Counted from the first letter of the stretch, positions 1 to 10,496 are shown. The stretch is 64,000 nucleotides of DNA from Promethearchaeota archaeon (GCA_048941285.1 JBHLNS010000002.1:64001-128000), one strand, 5' to 3'. Program-made: numbers and translations. Notes: generated by a model from the sequence alone, not told the origin.

Positions 1-10
1 TCAATTTTAA

Positions 11-328
11 TTATTCAAAACTTTTTGAGCCATTAAAAAATTCTTTTATTAATTCTGAAATTAGTGTGAAATTACTAGAAGACGCTTTAGGACTTTCACT
101 TTCCAATTTTAAAGATATTTTTCTTTTCTCAATTCCACTAGACTCTAGTTTAATTATAAGCTTTTTATTTTCATTTTTTGAAACCTTAGAGGGGGATGAA
201 TTTTCACTCCACAAACTATCAATTTTATTCCCTACTATCTCTTTATTATTGGAAGTTCCAATTTCGGAGTTTTTAGATAATTTTATTTTTTCCAATTTAA
301 ACCCTTTATTTTTTAGATATAAATTCAA
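11..328 (-). CDS. hypothetical protein (Lys/Ser/Asn-rich)
   Basis: 105-aa ORF with TTG start; composition more protein-like than the overlapping + strand ORF; no recognisable motif. Confidence 0.4.
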   Translation of the reverse strand: MNLYLKNKGFKLEKIKLSKNSEIGTSNNKEIVGNKIDSLWSENSSPSKVSKNENKKLIIKLESSGIEKRKISLKLESESPKASSSNFTLISELIKEFFNGSKSFE

Positions 329-436
329 TAATTTACTTTTAAGCTAATTATTTAAAGCCCTTCTATAATTTAACATTAAAGTAATACAAAACATTGAAAA
401 CCCAAAACTTTTCTTTTCTTATTATTTTTCTCAAAT

Positions 437-775
437 ATGCCCGATGAGTTTGATTTTAAGAATTATAAAACAATGGAAGAATTTAGTAAGACAGTTGAGG
501 GAACACGATATTTACATGAGCTTTATCTTAAAGCTGTTAATCATCCCATCAGGCGAGAAATCCTAAATATAATAAACGATGCGAAGCGAATTTCAAAGAC
601 CGAATTGTTAAAAAAGCTTGTTAAAGATAAAATTCTCGATGATGAATCAATGCTAAATTATAATATTGATTTTTTAATCAAAGCTTTTTGTATTAATTCT
701 GTAAAAGATGAAGATACTGGCAAAATTCTTTATGAAATAACTCAAAGTGGAAAAATAATTGAATATTTAAAATAA
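437..775 (+). CDS. winged-helix (ArsR-like) DNA-binding protein
   Basis: KAVNHPIRREIL N-terminal helix, LNYNIDFL recognition helix, YEITQSG wing. Confidence 0.7.
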   Translation: MPDEFDFKNYKTMEEFSKTVEGTRYLHELYLKAVNHPIRREILNIINDAKRISKTELLKKLVKDKILDDESMLNYNIDFLIKAFCINSVKDEDTGKILYEITQSGKIIEYLK

Positions 776-788
776 AAATTATTTATTT

Positions 789-1259
789 TTATGTTTCTCT
801 CAGAAATTGCTTATAGCAACTACAACATGGAACTCCAAATTGAAATTTTATTTTTTTTAAGTTTTCTTTCTTTAATGTCATCAGTCTTATCAATTCTTTT
901 ATAATAAATTTCTTATCATCATCAAAAAATATGTGCTTTAAATTAAAGAAGTGATTTTGATTACCACATATAGGACAAATCCTATAAAATCTAATAAAAT
1001 TATAAAAAATTTCTCTTTCTTTATCTGTTAATGCTTTAATTTTTAAGTCTGGATTATTTCTAATTAATTCTCTTAAATTATTTAACTCATTTATCATTTC
1101 ATCTCTTAGAAAAGTAGAATTACTATTTACTGATACAATATTATTAGTGTTTTCTTGGTTCACCAAGTCTTGGTTATCGAATTTATCAATATATTCGACT
1201 GCTTCGTTAAAGAATTTCAAGCGAGTATTTCTCTTTTTTTCACTCATATAAAAATACAA
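789..1259 (-). CDS. hypothetical Zn-binding protein
   Basis: CPICG and VPCCSC Cys clusters; real start probably the ATG at 1247. Confidence 0.6.
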   Translation of the reverse strand: MYFYMSEKKRNTRLKFFNEAVEYIDKFDNQDLVNQENTNNIVSVNSNSTFLRDEMINELNNLRELIRNNPDLKIKALTDKEREIFYNFIRFYRICPICGNQNHFFNLKHIFFDDDKKFIIKELIRLMTLKKENLKKIKFQFGVPCCSCYKQFLRET

Positions 1260-1316
1260 TTATAATTTTTGGAACTTTTCAAAAGAATATTTAGATATTC
1301 TTTCTAAAAAATTTTA

Positions 1317-2603
1317 TTAAAGAAATTTCAAATTTTTTTCATTTCCATTAAATAAATCGTTCTCCTTTTCACCTTCTAATCTTCTAAAGTCAATTATTTT
1401 TGTTGGAGCAAAATACTCAAAATCAAATTCAACTTCATCTCCCGATTTTTTCCCAGGAATGGGCATAAGTCTACAAGTTAATGGTTTATTTAAAACAACA
1501 GATATCGTGCATATGTCAAGTAATATATAAAATAATTCACGTTCTGTTATATCTCCCGGAAGTGGAACTACATCTAAACCAGCTCCGCACATAGTAGAAT
1601 ACAATATAAGGGAATCTAAATTAAATTTATTTTCAGCTAATCTTCTTGATAATATAGAATCCTCTAATACAGGTTGCATAAATCCCGAAAATCCTATCAC
1701 TTTTTCTTTATTAATTGGAATCGAATTCTTTATAAGTGCTACTGCTGTCAGCGTTCCATTAGCTCCAAAATAATCAATCCCTAATTTTTCTATAGCTGTT
1801 CCAATGCTCTTCTCAATCTTTGGAAAGGGAGCTGGAGAAAAATCTATCCCTTTGAACTCTATATCAAAATTCCTTGATAATTTTTCTGCCATTTTTGTTA
1901 AAAGATCATAGATTTCATTAAATTTTGCAAGTAAATTATGCTGAGCATCCCCAAATGAATTTGATTGCTCAATAACATTAACCACTTCATCTGCCATTTC
2001 TAGAGCTAATGAAAAACCAGGCTTTTCTGATAAATGATAAGCAGCAGGGAAAAAAGGAGTATTTGGACCTACATTAGTAGAAATACAAAATTGCAGATTA
2101 TTGAAGGGATCGGGGTCTGAAGAACTTTTTATTATTTTTGCTCCTGATCTTAACGCAGTTAAGTTAATTCCTTTTTCTGTCGAAGCTACAGGCAAAGATG
2201 TAAAAAAATTACGTTTATTTTGGATAAAATGTGGCACTTCATTTAATAGAAGTTTTTCAAAAATTCCTAATTCTTGCATTTGGTCAGCTCTCATAATGGC
2301 ACAGGCGAAATAATTAATATCATAATCCATGAATACGTCTTGTAAAAACTGTAATTGATCATCTATCTTCCCAATTGTTTCTTTTAAATTTTTTTCATAA
2401 AATAACTTGTTATCGTAAGAAAAAAGTGGCTGTGAAGAGATTCTTTTAGTCTCTATTTCAATACCAATTTCTTTTAGCATATCACTAAATTCATTAAAGA
2501 AAGAGCCAAATTTTCTTAATTTGTCCTGCAGAAATGATAAAATTGTTTCATTTTTTAATAAAAATGGAATCATCTGCCCAATGGTAATAGCACGGATTCT
2601 CAT
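1317..2603 (-). CDS. DUF711/UPF0210 family protein
   Basis: MRIRAITIG start, PFFPAAYH, GIDFSPAP, GFSGFMQPVLED, CGAGLDVVPLPGD, KPLTCRLMP motifs. Confidence 0.8.
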   Translation of the reverse strand: MRIRAITIGQMIPFLLKNETILSFLQDKLRKFGSFFNEFSDMLKEIGIEIETKRISSQPLFSYDNKLFYEKNLKETIGKIDDQLQFLQDVFMDYDINYFACAIMRADQMQELGIFEKLLLNEVPHFIQNKRNFFTSLPVASTEKGINLTALRSGAKIIKSSSDPDPFNNLQFCISTNVGPNTPFFPAAYHLSEKPGFSLALEMADEVVNVIEQSNSFGDAQHNLLAKFNEIYDLLTKMAEKLSRNFDIEFKGIDFSPAPFPKIEKSIGTAIEKLGIDYFGANGTLTAVALIKNSIPINKEKVIGFSGFMQPVLEDSILSRRLAENKFNLDSLILYSTMCGAGLDVVPLPGDITERELFYILLDICTISVVLNKPLTCRLMPIPGKKSGDEVEFDFEYFAPTKIIDFRRLEGEKENDLFNGNEKNLKFL

Positions 2604-2755
2604 ATTTATCCTGTTAAATTATAAATTTATGATAAAAATTCGCGTAATATAATATAATAGAAAATATCTATTTATAAGCTTTATAAGAGATAAGCTTTAT
2701 AAAATTGAATTTTCTAGGTGAGAATCATTTAAAGTACGCCATATTGTATTATGCC

Positions 2756-5146
2756 TTATAGTTCATTTAATTTTGCTTTATCTTTTAATGGTTCTTTAAC
2801 AGAGGGAGGTTTTATGAATTCATTTGGTCGAATTGGACCTAAATTAGCTATGTCTTCGTTAAAATCTTTTATTATTTTTGCATATTTATCTGCTTCTCCA
2901 GCTGAGACAGATACAATTTTTACTCTATTTTCATTAATTCCCACTTCTGCCAACATTTGCTTAATGCTTTCATATCTAGTTTTAGCTTTAATAAATCCCT
3001 CTTGATAGTGGCAGTCTTGTTCATGACAACCAGCAATTAAAACCCCATCAGCTCCATAAAATAAACTTTCGAATACTAAAGATGGGTTCAACATGGCGGT
3101 GCACATTACATGAATGGTTCTTACATTAGTAGGATATGTTAGTTTATTTACTCCAGCTAGATCAGCACCAATATAGGAGCACCAATTGCATAGGAAAGCA
3201 ATAATAAGAGGGAACTCACTTTTTTTAGCTAATATTGTTTTAATTTGATTGGAGATTTGATTTTTTGTAAAACCGGGGATATATAACGCATCCTCGGGAC
3301 ACATTGCAGCACATGCACCACATCCAGTGCAGTTGGCAGGGATTATCCTTAACTCTTTCTCTTCAATCTTTAAGGCATTAAACATGCATATATTTTCACA
3401 TAATCTACATAATGTACATTTATCTTTGTCAAAATAAACTACATGTGGGTCTAATTCTACTTTTCCTTTAGAAATCAGTGAAATAGCTTTTGCTGCTGCG
3501 CTTTCTGCTTGCGCAATGCTATTCGGTATATCTTTTGGGCCTTGGATTACTCCTGCTAGAAATATTCCATTTACAGAAGTTTCAGATGGCTTCACTTTTA
3601 GATGTTTTTCAAGTAGAAAACCATTTGGATCAAGGGAAATATTGAGAATTTGGCTCAATTCATCTGTACCTACGGGAGGTTCAATACCAACGGCAAGAAT
3701 TACTAAATCTGTTTTATTTTCAAAAAGTGAATCTTCAATTACATCTTCGCCTCGAACTATTAACTCATCAGATGTATCACTTTTTAATATTGCCGAGACA
3801 TTACTCTTAATAAAGCGTATTCCAAAGGATTCCATGGCTCTATTATAAAACTCCTCGCAATTCTTGCCTACTGCTCTAATATCTGTATAATAAACATTGA
3901 CCTCTACACTAGGATACTCCTTTTTTAATAAAATTGCTTGTTTAATAGATTCATTGCAGCAAACTTGACTACAATATTCATGATGTATTTTTTTATTCCG
4001 AGAACCAACACATAAAACAAAAGAAACCTTCTTAGGGGGTTTCCCATTAGAAGGTCTTACCACTTTTCCATGAGTTGGACCATCGTTATTAAGTAATCTC
4101 TCCATTTGCATCGTAGTGATGACATCAGAATATTTATTATATCCCAATTCTCCTAATATTGATGGATCAAAAGTTTTAAACCCAGTTGCAACGATAATTG
4201 ATCCTACTTTAAAATTTATAATTTCTGGTTTTTGTTCAAAATCAATAGCATCTCTATCGCAGGCTTGAGCACACGCTTTACATCCGATACAATGCTCCTC
4301 TAAAATGTTAGGAAATAAAGGTATTGCTTGAGGATAAGGAACATCGATAGCTTTCCTAGGGAAAAAATTATCCTCTATATTAATTGGACAGACTTCCCGA
4401 CAAATATCAAAACATCCAACGCAATCCTCTTCTACTATAAACCGAGGTTTCTTTTTTATTTTTATATCAAAATTCCCAATATACCCATCCACACTTTCTA
4501 CAGACGAATATGTTAACAATTCAATATTCGGATGATCTTTAACCTCAGTCATCATTGGTCCTAAAATACATATACTACAGTCAAGCGTTGGAAACGTTTT
4601 ATCAAACAATGCCATATGTCCTCCTATAGTTGGTTCTTTTTCAACTAAAAAGACTTTATTACCTGTATCAGCAATTACGAGAGCTGCCTTGATCCCTGCA
4701 ATACCTCCTCCAATGATTAACACTGCGGGTGAGACATTTGAATACTGAAGCTCTAGCGGTTCTAAAAGCTTAACTTGCTCTATTGCCATATTTATCTGAT
4801 CAATTGCCTTTTTTGTTGCTTTTTCTGGCTCATCATAATGTACCCATGAATTTTGTTCTCTTATATTTGCAAATGATATTAAAAATCTATTAATTCCAGC
4901 TTTTTCAATTGTTTTGCGAAATAAGGACCCATGCAATTTAAATGAACAGGCAGCTATTACAATTCGATCAACTTCTTTTTCTTTTATTTCATCAATTATC
5001 TTATTTAATCCTAATTCTGAACATAAATATTGATCCCTAAATACATGTATATCAGGGTATTTCTCAAAATGTTTGATTAATAAATCATTATCGATTACAC
5101 CACTAATATTTTTACCACAATCGCAGATAAATAAACCAATTTTCAA
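2756..5146 (-). CDS. hdrA: heterodisulfide reductase subunit A fused to MvhD
   Basis: CDCGKNI N-terminus, GGGIAG FAD motif, KTFPTLDCSIC, ferredoxin CxxCxxCxxxC repeats; C-terminal MvhD with CNWCSYIGADLAG and GCHEQDCHY; TTG start with a purine-rich SD. Confidence 0.92.
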   Translation of the reverse strand: MKIGLFICDCGKNISGVIDNDLLIKHFEKYPDIHVFRDQYLCSELGLNKIIDEIKEKEVDRIVIAACSFKLHGSLFRKTIEKAGINRFLISFANIREQNSWVHYDEPEKATKKAIDQINMAIEQVKLLEPLELQYSNVSPAVLIIGGGIAGIKAALVIADTGNKVFLVEKEPTIGGHMALFDKTFPTLDCSICILGPMMTEVKDHPNIELLTYSSVESVDGYIGNFDIKIKKKPRFIVEEDCVGCFDICREVCPINIEDNFFPRKAIDVPYPQAIPLFPNILEEHCIGCKACAQACDRDAIDFEQKPEIINFKVGSIIVATGFKTFDPSILGELGYNKYSDVITTMQMERLLNNDGPTHGKVVRPSNGKPPKKVSFVLCVGSRNKKIHHEYCSQVCCNESIKQAILLKKEYPSVEVNVYYTDIRAVGKNCEEFYNRAMESFGIRFIKSNVSAILKSDTSDELIVRGEDVIEDSLFENKTDLVILAVGIEPPVGTDELSQILNISLDPNGFLLEKHLKVKPSETSVNGIFLAGVIQGPKDIPNSIAQAESAAAKAISLISKGKVELDPHVVYFDKDKCTLCRLCENICMFNALKIEEKELRIIPANCTGCGACAAMCPEDALYIPGFTKNQISNQIKTILAKKSEFPLIIAFLCNWCSYIGADLAGVNKLTYPTNVRTIHVMCTAMLNPSLVFESLFYGADGVLIAGCHEQDCHYQEGFIKAKTRYESIKQMLAEVGINENRVKIVSVSAGEADKYAKIIKDFNEDIANLGPIRPNEFIKPPSVKEPLKDKAKLNEL

Positions 5147-5400
5147 TTTTATCCTACTCCGAAATAAGATATATTTGTTTTTCTTTAATTATTATAAAGT
5201 CGATTTTTTAATAACTATTGAGATTAATTAAATTAGGATTTTAATATCACAAATTTATAAAATTAAATGATTATCTAATTAAATAGAAATCTAATTTTTT
5301 ACTATTGGAAAAACTCGTATTCATTTGAAAATAGAAAGTTTTAAATTCTTGATATACAGACAATTGCGATTCTATATTTCATTTTATGAGATAAAATGAT

Positions 5401-5475
5401 ATTAAGTATATAATAAGAAATATGTAAAACCTTTTAAATTGGGCAAGACAATTTAACTGTAATTCCGATATGGAA
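5401..5475 (+). promoter_or_regulatory. conserved upstream block, copy 1 (duplicated promoter region)
   Basis: Near-identical to 6535-6609, including exact ACAATTTAACTGTAATTCCGATATGGAA; TATA-like TTTTAAA upstream of that. Confidence 0.7.
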
Positions 5476-5517
5476 AAAAAAATTTAAACAAAAATAAAAA
5501 ATAAAAAGTGATATTGT

Positions 5518-6180
5518 ATGGGAGAAGAACGAGGAGTAATGACTCCTACTAAATTAGTTCTCTTTATTGCTATGCTGTTGATCTTTGCACAAGGAATATT
5601 TTATTTCTATGCATTTGCTCTATTGCCATTGCTGGGAATGCTTATTCTCTATGGAATCCTATGTATTGTTTTCGCTATTATAATCTTTATTTCCTTAGAT
5701 CTGATTGGTTTAGGACCAGTTAAACTACCTTACTTTTGGTGGCTAATGCTTATTATCGGTGTAATTTTGATATTATTTGATTGGTTAAACGATGGTAGTT
5801 ATTTAAACGGTACTCTTGTAATTTTAGCTGTATTGATGGAATTAGTTGGAGGAAAAATGAAACTTGAAGGCTGCAAATTTATGGTATTCTTTGGAGTACT
5901 CTTTGGTATCTGGGATTGTGTTACAATTTTCATTGGTTACGCACCTGGTGGAGAATTAGGACTAATAAACGGGATTTTTGGTCTAATCTTGATGATAATT
6001 TTGTTAATATTAGTGTTTGATTTCTTTGATATTAAAATTCCCTATAAATGGTGGGTTCTTTTAATTATCGCATTTGTTATGTATACATTTGTAGAGGGAT
6101 TTGCTGGAGGATTCCCTGTAACTGGATTCAGCGGAACGGTTTTAATGATTGCTTGGGTTTGTCATATTTACTTCAAATAG
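5518..6180 (+). CDS. multi-pass membrane protein, paralogue 1 (two internal repeats)
   Basis: About 8 hydrophobic segments; KLPYFWW and KIPYKWW internal repeat; similar to 6655-7392. Confidence 0.85.
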   Translation: MGEERGVMTPTKLVLFIAMLLIFAQGIFYFYAFALLPLLGMLILYGILCIVFAIIIFISLDLIGLGPVKLPYFWWLMLIIGVILILFDWLNDGSYLNGTLVILAVLMELVGGKMKLEGCKFMVFFGVLFGIWDCVTIFIGYAPGGELGLINGIFGLILMIILLILVFDFFDIKIPYKWWVLLIIAFVMYTFVEGFAGGFPVTGFSGTVLMIAWVCHIYFK

Positions 6181-6318
6181 ACTGGTTTTTAATATTATTC
6201 GTGATAAATAAATTAATTTTTTTTTTTTTTCTTTTCACAAAACCCTTAGCTCCTAATGTTTAGCTAAAAAGTTAGTGTTTAGACTTTTTGCAATTGTAAT
6301 TCATGAAAGTAAATCCCT

Positions 6319-6533
6319 CTAATTATATGTTTTTTTGTCTTCTAGCATTTTTTCAGAGAGAAAAGGATAACTTTAAGAATATTAAATTTGTGTTATTTCA
6401 TTTCTAAGAAGTAATTCTTCTCCATTTCGTATTTGTATTTTGCCCTTTTTAGAATTTCGTCTTTCATATTAAATATTCCTTTCAGAAGTTGCAGTCAATT
6501 ACTTTTCTTATCATAAGTGTCAAAATTGTATCC
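6319..6533 (-). pseudogene. degenerate copy of the 3' end of the YkgJ-family gene at 7529-8122
   Basis: Translates as GYNFDTYDKKSN*LQLLKGIFNMKDEILKRAKYKYEMEKNYFLEMK*HKFNILKV/(frameshift)PFLSEKMLEDK versus KLNFDNYTKKCKGLQLLKGKFYTREEILKWAKEEYEIEMKYFLEMKKHKFNILKVYTFLPKEMLEE. Confidence 0.85.
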
Positions 6534-6534
6534 T

Positions 6535-6609
6535 ATTAAGTATATAATAAGAAATTTATAAAAGCTTTTAAAGTAGGCAAAACAATTTAACTGTAATTCC
6601 GATATGGAA
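6535..6609 (+). promoter_or_regulatory. conserved upstream block, copy 2
   Basis: Direct repeat of 5401-5475 upstream of the paralogous gene. Confidence 0.7.
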
Positions 6610-6654
6610 TAATAACAATTTAATTAATTTAAAAAATATAGAACGTGATTTTAT

Positions 6655-7392
6655 ATGGGAGAAGAAAGTAGAGAGATGACTGCCCCAAAAATAATGTATT
6701 TTATTGGGATGCTATTTTTACTATTTGACGCTGTTGCTTATTTCTGGTTAGCTGATTCCGCATTTACTGGAGATAATTTATTGATCTTATTTGGTGTTTT
6801 AAACTTGATTTTAATCCTTATTATGTTTTTGTCTTTAGAGCTTGTTGGAACAGGTCGTGTCAAAATTCCTTATTTCTGGTGGCTAATGCTAATAATTGGT
6901 GCGCTCTCAATTGTATTTTCATACCTAATTGCTAATTTCTGGAACTATGGAGAATATTTTATAGGATTACTAGAAATTTTTAATGTAAAGCCAATTCCAT
7001 ACTTCACAGGGGTTTTAATAATACTAGCTGTTTTAATAGAAGTTGCGCCTAAAATAAAAGATTTAAAAAGTTCGAAAGTCGTAGCAATAGTAGGAATTTT
7101 ATTTACAATCTATGATTGTGTTGTTATGATTATATTACAAACTTATACATTCTTTTTGATAACCGCAATTGTTGGCATCATTTTAGCAGTCATTCTCCTA
7201 ATAATAGTTCTAGGTTTTATTGACATCAGAATCCCCAATACCTGGTGGGTTGTTCTTACATTCGCTTTTGTAATCTATATTTGGGTTGTACCTACACTAG
7301 TAGCAGCTTGGGCATCAACATTTGTTCCTTTGACTGGTTTTGGCGGACTATTCCTACTAATTGCAGTGCTACTAATGCTATTTGGTATGTAA
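6655..7392 (+). CDS. multi-pass membrane protein, paralogue 2
   Basis: MGEESREMTAPK versus MGEERGVMTPTK; KIPYFWWLMLIIG nearly identical to paralogue 1. Confidence 0.85.
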   Translation: MGEESREMTAPKIMYFIGMLFLLFDAVAYFWLADSAFTGDNLLILFGVLNLILILIMFLSLELVGTGRVKIPYFWWLMLIIGALSIVFSYLIANFWNYGEYFIGLLEIFNVKPIPYFTGVLIILAVLIEVAPKIKDLKSSKVVAIVGILFTIYDCVVMIILQTYTFFLITAIVGIILAVILLIIVLGFIDIRIPNTWWVVLTFAFVIYIWVVPTLVAAWASTFVPLTGFGGLFLLIAVLLMLFGM

Positions 7393-7528
7393 AATAGAGT
7401 AATTATTAAGTAAATTACAAATCTTTTTTTTTTCTATTTTAATTAAAAAACGAAGTATATTGCTTTAATCTAAATTCCGCTCTGATCATCATACATCATA
7501 ATAATTAATCCCTCTCGTATGATCTTAT

Positions 7529-8122
7529 TTACTCTTCGAGCATTTCTTTTGGTAGAAAAGTGTAAACTTTGAGAATATTGAATTTATGTTTTTTCATTTC
7601 TAAAAAGTACTTCATTTCAATTTCATATTCTTCTTTTGCCCATTTTAATATTTCCTCTCTCGTATAAAATTTCCCCTTAAGTAGCTGCAGTCCTTTACAT
7701 TTTTTTGTATAATTATCAAAATTTAATTTACTAGATACCATCATTTGCCAAAAAGGAAATGATTTACACTGAAAAGGGCGCGCTACATGAACACTACATT
7801 TATTATTTATTAGAAAGTGGCAATGCTCATCGTCTCCTGTAAATCTAAAACCAAGAGACTTAAACCGATAAGTCTTTCCTCTTTCTGCTCCTGGTTCCTT
7901 CCAAAAAAAAGAATCGTTTACAACTTTTAGATATTTTTCAGCGAAATACCTCAAACCTTTAAATCCATGCAGATTCAAATGTTTTGCTAATCTGAAAATA
8001 TCTTCTTTATATAAATAAACTTCGCCTTCGTTGAAACCAGTACAACACTTCCCACACATTTGGCAAGAAAATTCAATTCCATTTGCTAGATTTCTGGATA
8101 TTGATATCTTTGCAGAAGTCAA
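7529..8122 (-). CDS. YkgJ-family CxxCxxCC cysteine cluster protein
   Basis: CQMCGKCC, CHFL, CSVHVARPFQCKSFPFW. Confidence 0.85.
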   Translation of the reverse strand: MTSAKISISRNLANGIEFSCQMCGKCCTGFNEGEVYLYKEDIFRLAKHLNLHGFKGLRYFAEKYLKVVNDSFFWKEPGAERGKTYRFKSLGFRFTGDDEHCHFLINNKCSVHVARPFQCKSFPFWQMMVSSKLNFDNYTKKCKGLQLLKGKFYTREEILKWAKEEYEIEMKYFLEMKKHKFNILKVYTFLPKEMLEE

Positions 8123-8243
8123 GACGGTTTATTTCAATTTTACTTTGGTTTAATAATTAATATACAAATACTTAATTAATATTTAAATATTAAATCATTG
8201 ATTATAAAACAGAATTGATAATTCGGAGTATTAATTTTAGGTT

Positions 8244-10496
8244 ATGCTAATTAATCTAAATGATGAAAAAGTTTTAGATCTAAATTTTATAAATGAGAAT
8301 TTGAAGAATCTCGAGGTTCTCTTAACTAAACATGGAATTTTCCAAAAAGCGGAATTTAAAGAATGGTTTGATGATTTCAAAAAGGTATATGGTGAAAACC
8401 TGGTTACATTGCAATTATATAGTGTTTATGCTCTTATTTATTTAATTGGATATTTATTTATCTCTAAATTTGTTCTTAAAAAAAAGAATTCAGCTTTCCA
8501 AATTAAAAGTTCTTTAAAATTATTAAAAAATATCGAAACTGAAATTCGATCTAATTATAAAAATCTAGATCTTTTTGTGATAAGATATTTTGAACCCGTT
8601 TTTTCTCTCTCTGAAATAGAGAATCTAGAATTTTTCAATTCTTTATTATTGGAAGTGTCTGAATATGTTTTTAATCTTAATATTCCTCCTGAATACTATT
8701 TTGATTATCTTATGCAAAAATTAATTTCTCCTATTATAAGGCATAAATCAGGTGAATATTATACACCTCCATTTTTAGTAAAAACGATGATTAGAGATTC
8801 TTATCTATTTGGTGAAACTGTACTTGATCCTTGTTGTGGTTCAGGTAATTTTCTAGTGGAACTTGTAAAGTTAATATTGTCTCAGAGAGAAACGAAAGAG
8901 AAGAAAATTGGAGCATTCAATAGTATCTATGGTTTTGATATAAATCCAATTTCGATTTATATGTCAAAGATAAATTTATTGTATTTATTAGAAAACTTTA
9001 GGGCTGAAGTAATGTTAAATTTATATGTATTTGATTCTCTATTTCAAGTAGAAAGAAAATTTGAAAAAAAATTTGATTTAATAATTGGAAATCCCCCGTG
9101 GTATACTTATCGCGATATAGAATCTATTGATGAACAAGAAAGAGTGAAAAATTTAGCACATCAATTTAAAATTAAACCCTTACCAAAAAATCTATTGAAT
9201 TTAGAAATCTCAACCCTGTTCTTTTTCAAGGCAAATAGCACTTTTTTAAGGGAGAAGGGAAAAATATTCTTTGTAATTACCAAAGGAGTGATAACAGGTT
9301 CTCATACCTCTCGATTCCGTAATTTTGAAGGCCTTTCTAATATAAAAATCTGGGTATTTGATAGAAAAGTAGAAAATATTTTCAATATTGACTTTATATG
9401 CTTATTTGGGCAAAAAACGAGTAATTCCTCTATTAATTCTAACAAAGAAATTAAATCCTATTATTTTAATTTAAAATGCAAAAATGATCAAATTGAATAT
9501 TTTAAAGAAATAGAATTGAAGTTAGAAAAGGTAGACAATTTAATACCGTATGAAATCGAAAAAAAAGCCGGAAAAACTTATACTAAAAAGTTTATATCGA
9601 AAAGTATTGTACAAGATCTTTTACCTATAAAAGAGAGTTATTATAAACCACTTTTTCATAAAGGAGCAGACTTAAATCCAAGGAATTTGATATTTGTAAG
9701 CTATAAAGAATTAAATAACTCCTTAGTTAGGATAAACCCTGAAAAGAGAATCTTCAAAAAAGCCAAACCTCCATGGAATAAAAAGGAATATAAGAATGAG
9801 GTTATTGAAAAGAAATATATCTTCAAAATAATCAAGAGCACAGAATTAGTAAAGTTTTATGTATATAATTATTACAATGTATTTCTACCACTCTCAAAAA
9901 ATGATTTGAGTTTTGAATATAAAAATTTAGATAAATATGCTAAATCTTTTTATGATAAAATTAACAATCTGTATAAAAGATACAAAAAATCAACAACTAA
10001 ACATAAAACTTTGATGGACAATCTAAATCGATGGTCTAAATTGATAAATAAAAGACAGATGTCTAATATCAAAGTGGTATATAATAATTCAGGTTCTATT
10101 TTACAATGCGCTGTAGTATTAGGAGATTATTTGGTTACGGGTGATTTATCTTTCTATGCTACAGAAAATCTTGAAGAAGCTTTCTATTTATCTGCCATAC
10201 TAAATTCTAACATAATAAATAAACAAGTAAAAATTATGAAGAGTTCAAGACATATTTTTAAACTTCCATTAGAAATTCCTATTGAAAAGTTTGATATTAG
10301 TAATGATAATCACCAAAAACTAGTGGATTTAGGGAAAAGAGGACAAGAAATGGCGAAAGTACTCTTTAATAGATTTATAAAAAATAATAATGAGAATTTA
10401 TCAAAATTTAAAATTCAAAATTTTTTAAGTGACAAATTAGAAGCTATAATTGCTAAAATTGATGAGATTCTTATAAAACAATTTTATAAAAGTTAA
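8244..10496 (+). CDS. N6-adenine DNA methyltransferase (gamma class) with C-terminal target-recognition region
   Basis: GEYYTP, LDPCCGSGNFL (motif I), FDLIIGNPPW (motif IV), YLSAILNS specificity-region motif. Confidence 0.85.
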   Translation: MLINLNDEKVLDLNFINENLKNLEVLLTKHGIFQKAEFKEWFDDFKKVYGENLVTLQLYSVYALIYLIGYLFISKFVLKKKNSAFQIKSSLKLLKNIETEIRSNYKNLDLFVIRYFEPVFSLSEIENLEFFNSLLLEVSEYVFNLNIPPEYYFDYLMQKLISPIIRHKSGEYYTPPFLVKTMIRDSYLFGETVLDPCCGSGNFLVELVKLILSQRETKEKKIGAFNSIYGFDINPISIYMSKINLLYLLENFRAEVMLNLYVFDSLFQVERKFEKKFDLIIGNPPWYTYRDIESIDEQERVKNLAHQFKIKPLPKNLLNLEISTLFFFKANSTFLREKGKIFFVITKGVITGSHTSRFRNFEGLSNIKIWVFDRKVENIFNIDFICLFGQKTSNSSINSNKEIKSYYFNLKCKNDQIEYFKEIELKLEKVDNLIPYEIEKKAGKTYTKKFISKSIVQDLLPIKESYYKPLFHKGADLNPRNLIFVSYKELNNSLVRINPEKRIFKKAKPPWNKKEYKNEVIEKKYIFKIIKSTELVKFYVYNYYNVFLPLSKNDLSFEYKNLDKYAKSFYDKINNLYKRYKKSTTKHKTLMDNLNRWSKLINKRQMSNIKVVYNNSGSILQCAVVLGDYLVTGDLSFYATENLEEAFYLSAILNSNIINKQVKIMKSSRHIFKLPLEIPIEKFDISNDNHQKLVDLGKRGQEMAKVLFNRFIKNNNENLSKFKIQNFLSDKLEAIIAKIDEILIKQFYKS

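Noticed and set aside
66-347. + strand Leu/Phe-rich ORF
   Set aside because: Composition typical of the antisense of a Lys/Glu/Asn-rich gene (11-328)
2674-2702. Direct repeat ATAAGCTTTATAA x2 upstream of the DUF711 gene
   Set aside because: Short and AT-rich; cannot be distinguished from a local slippage duplication
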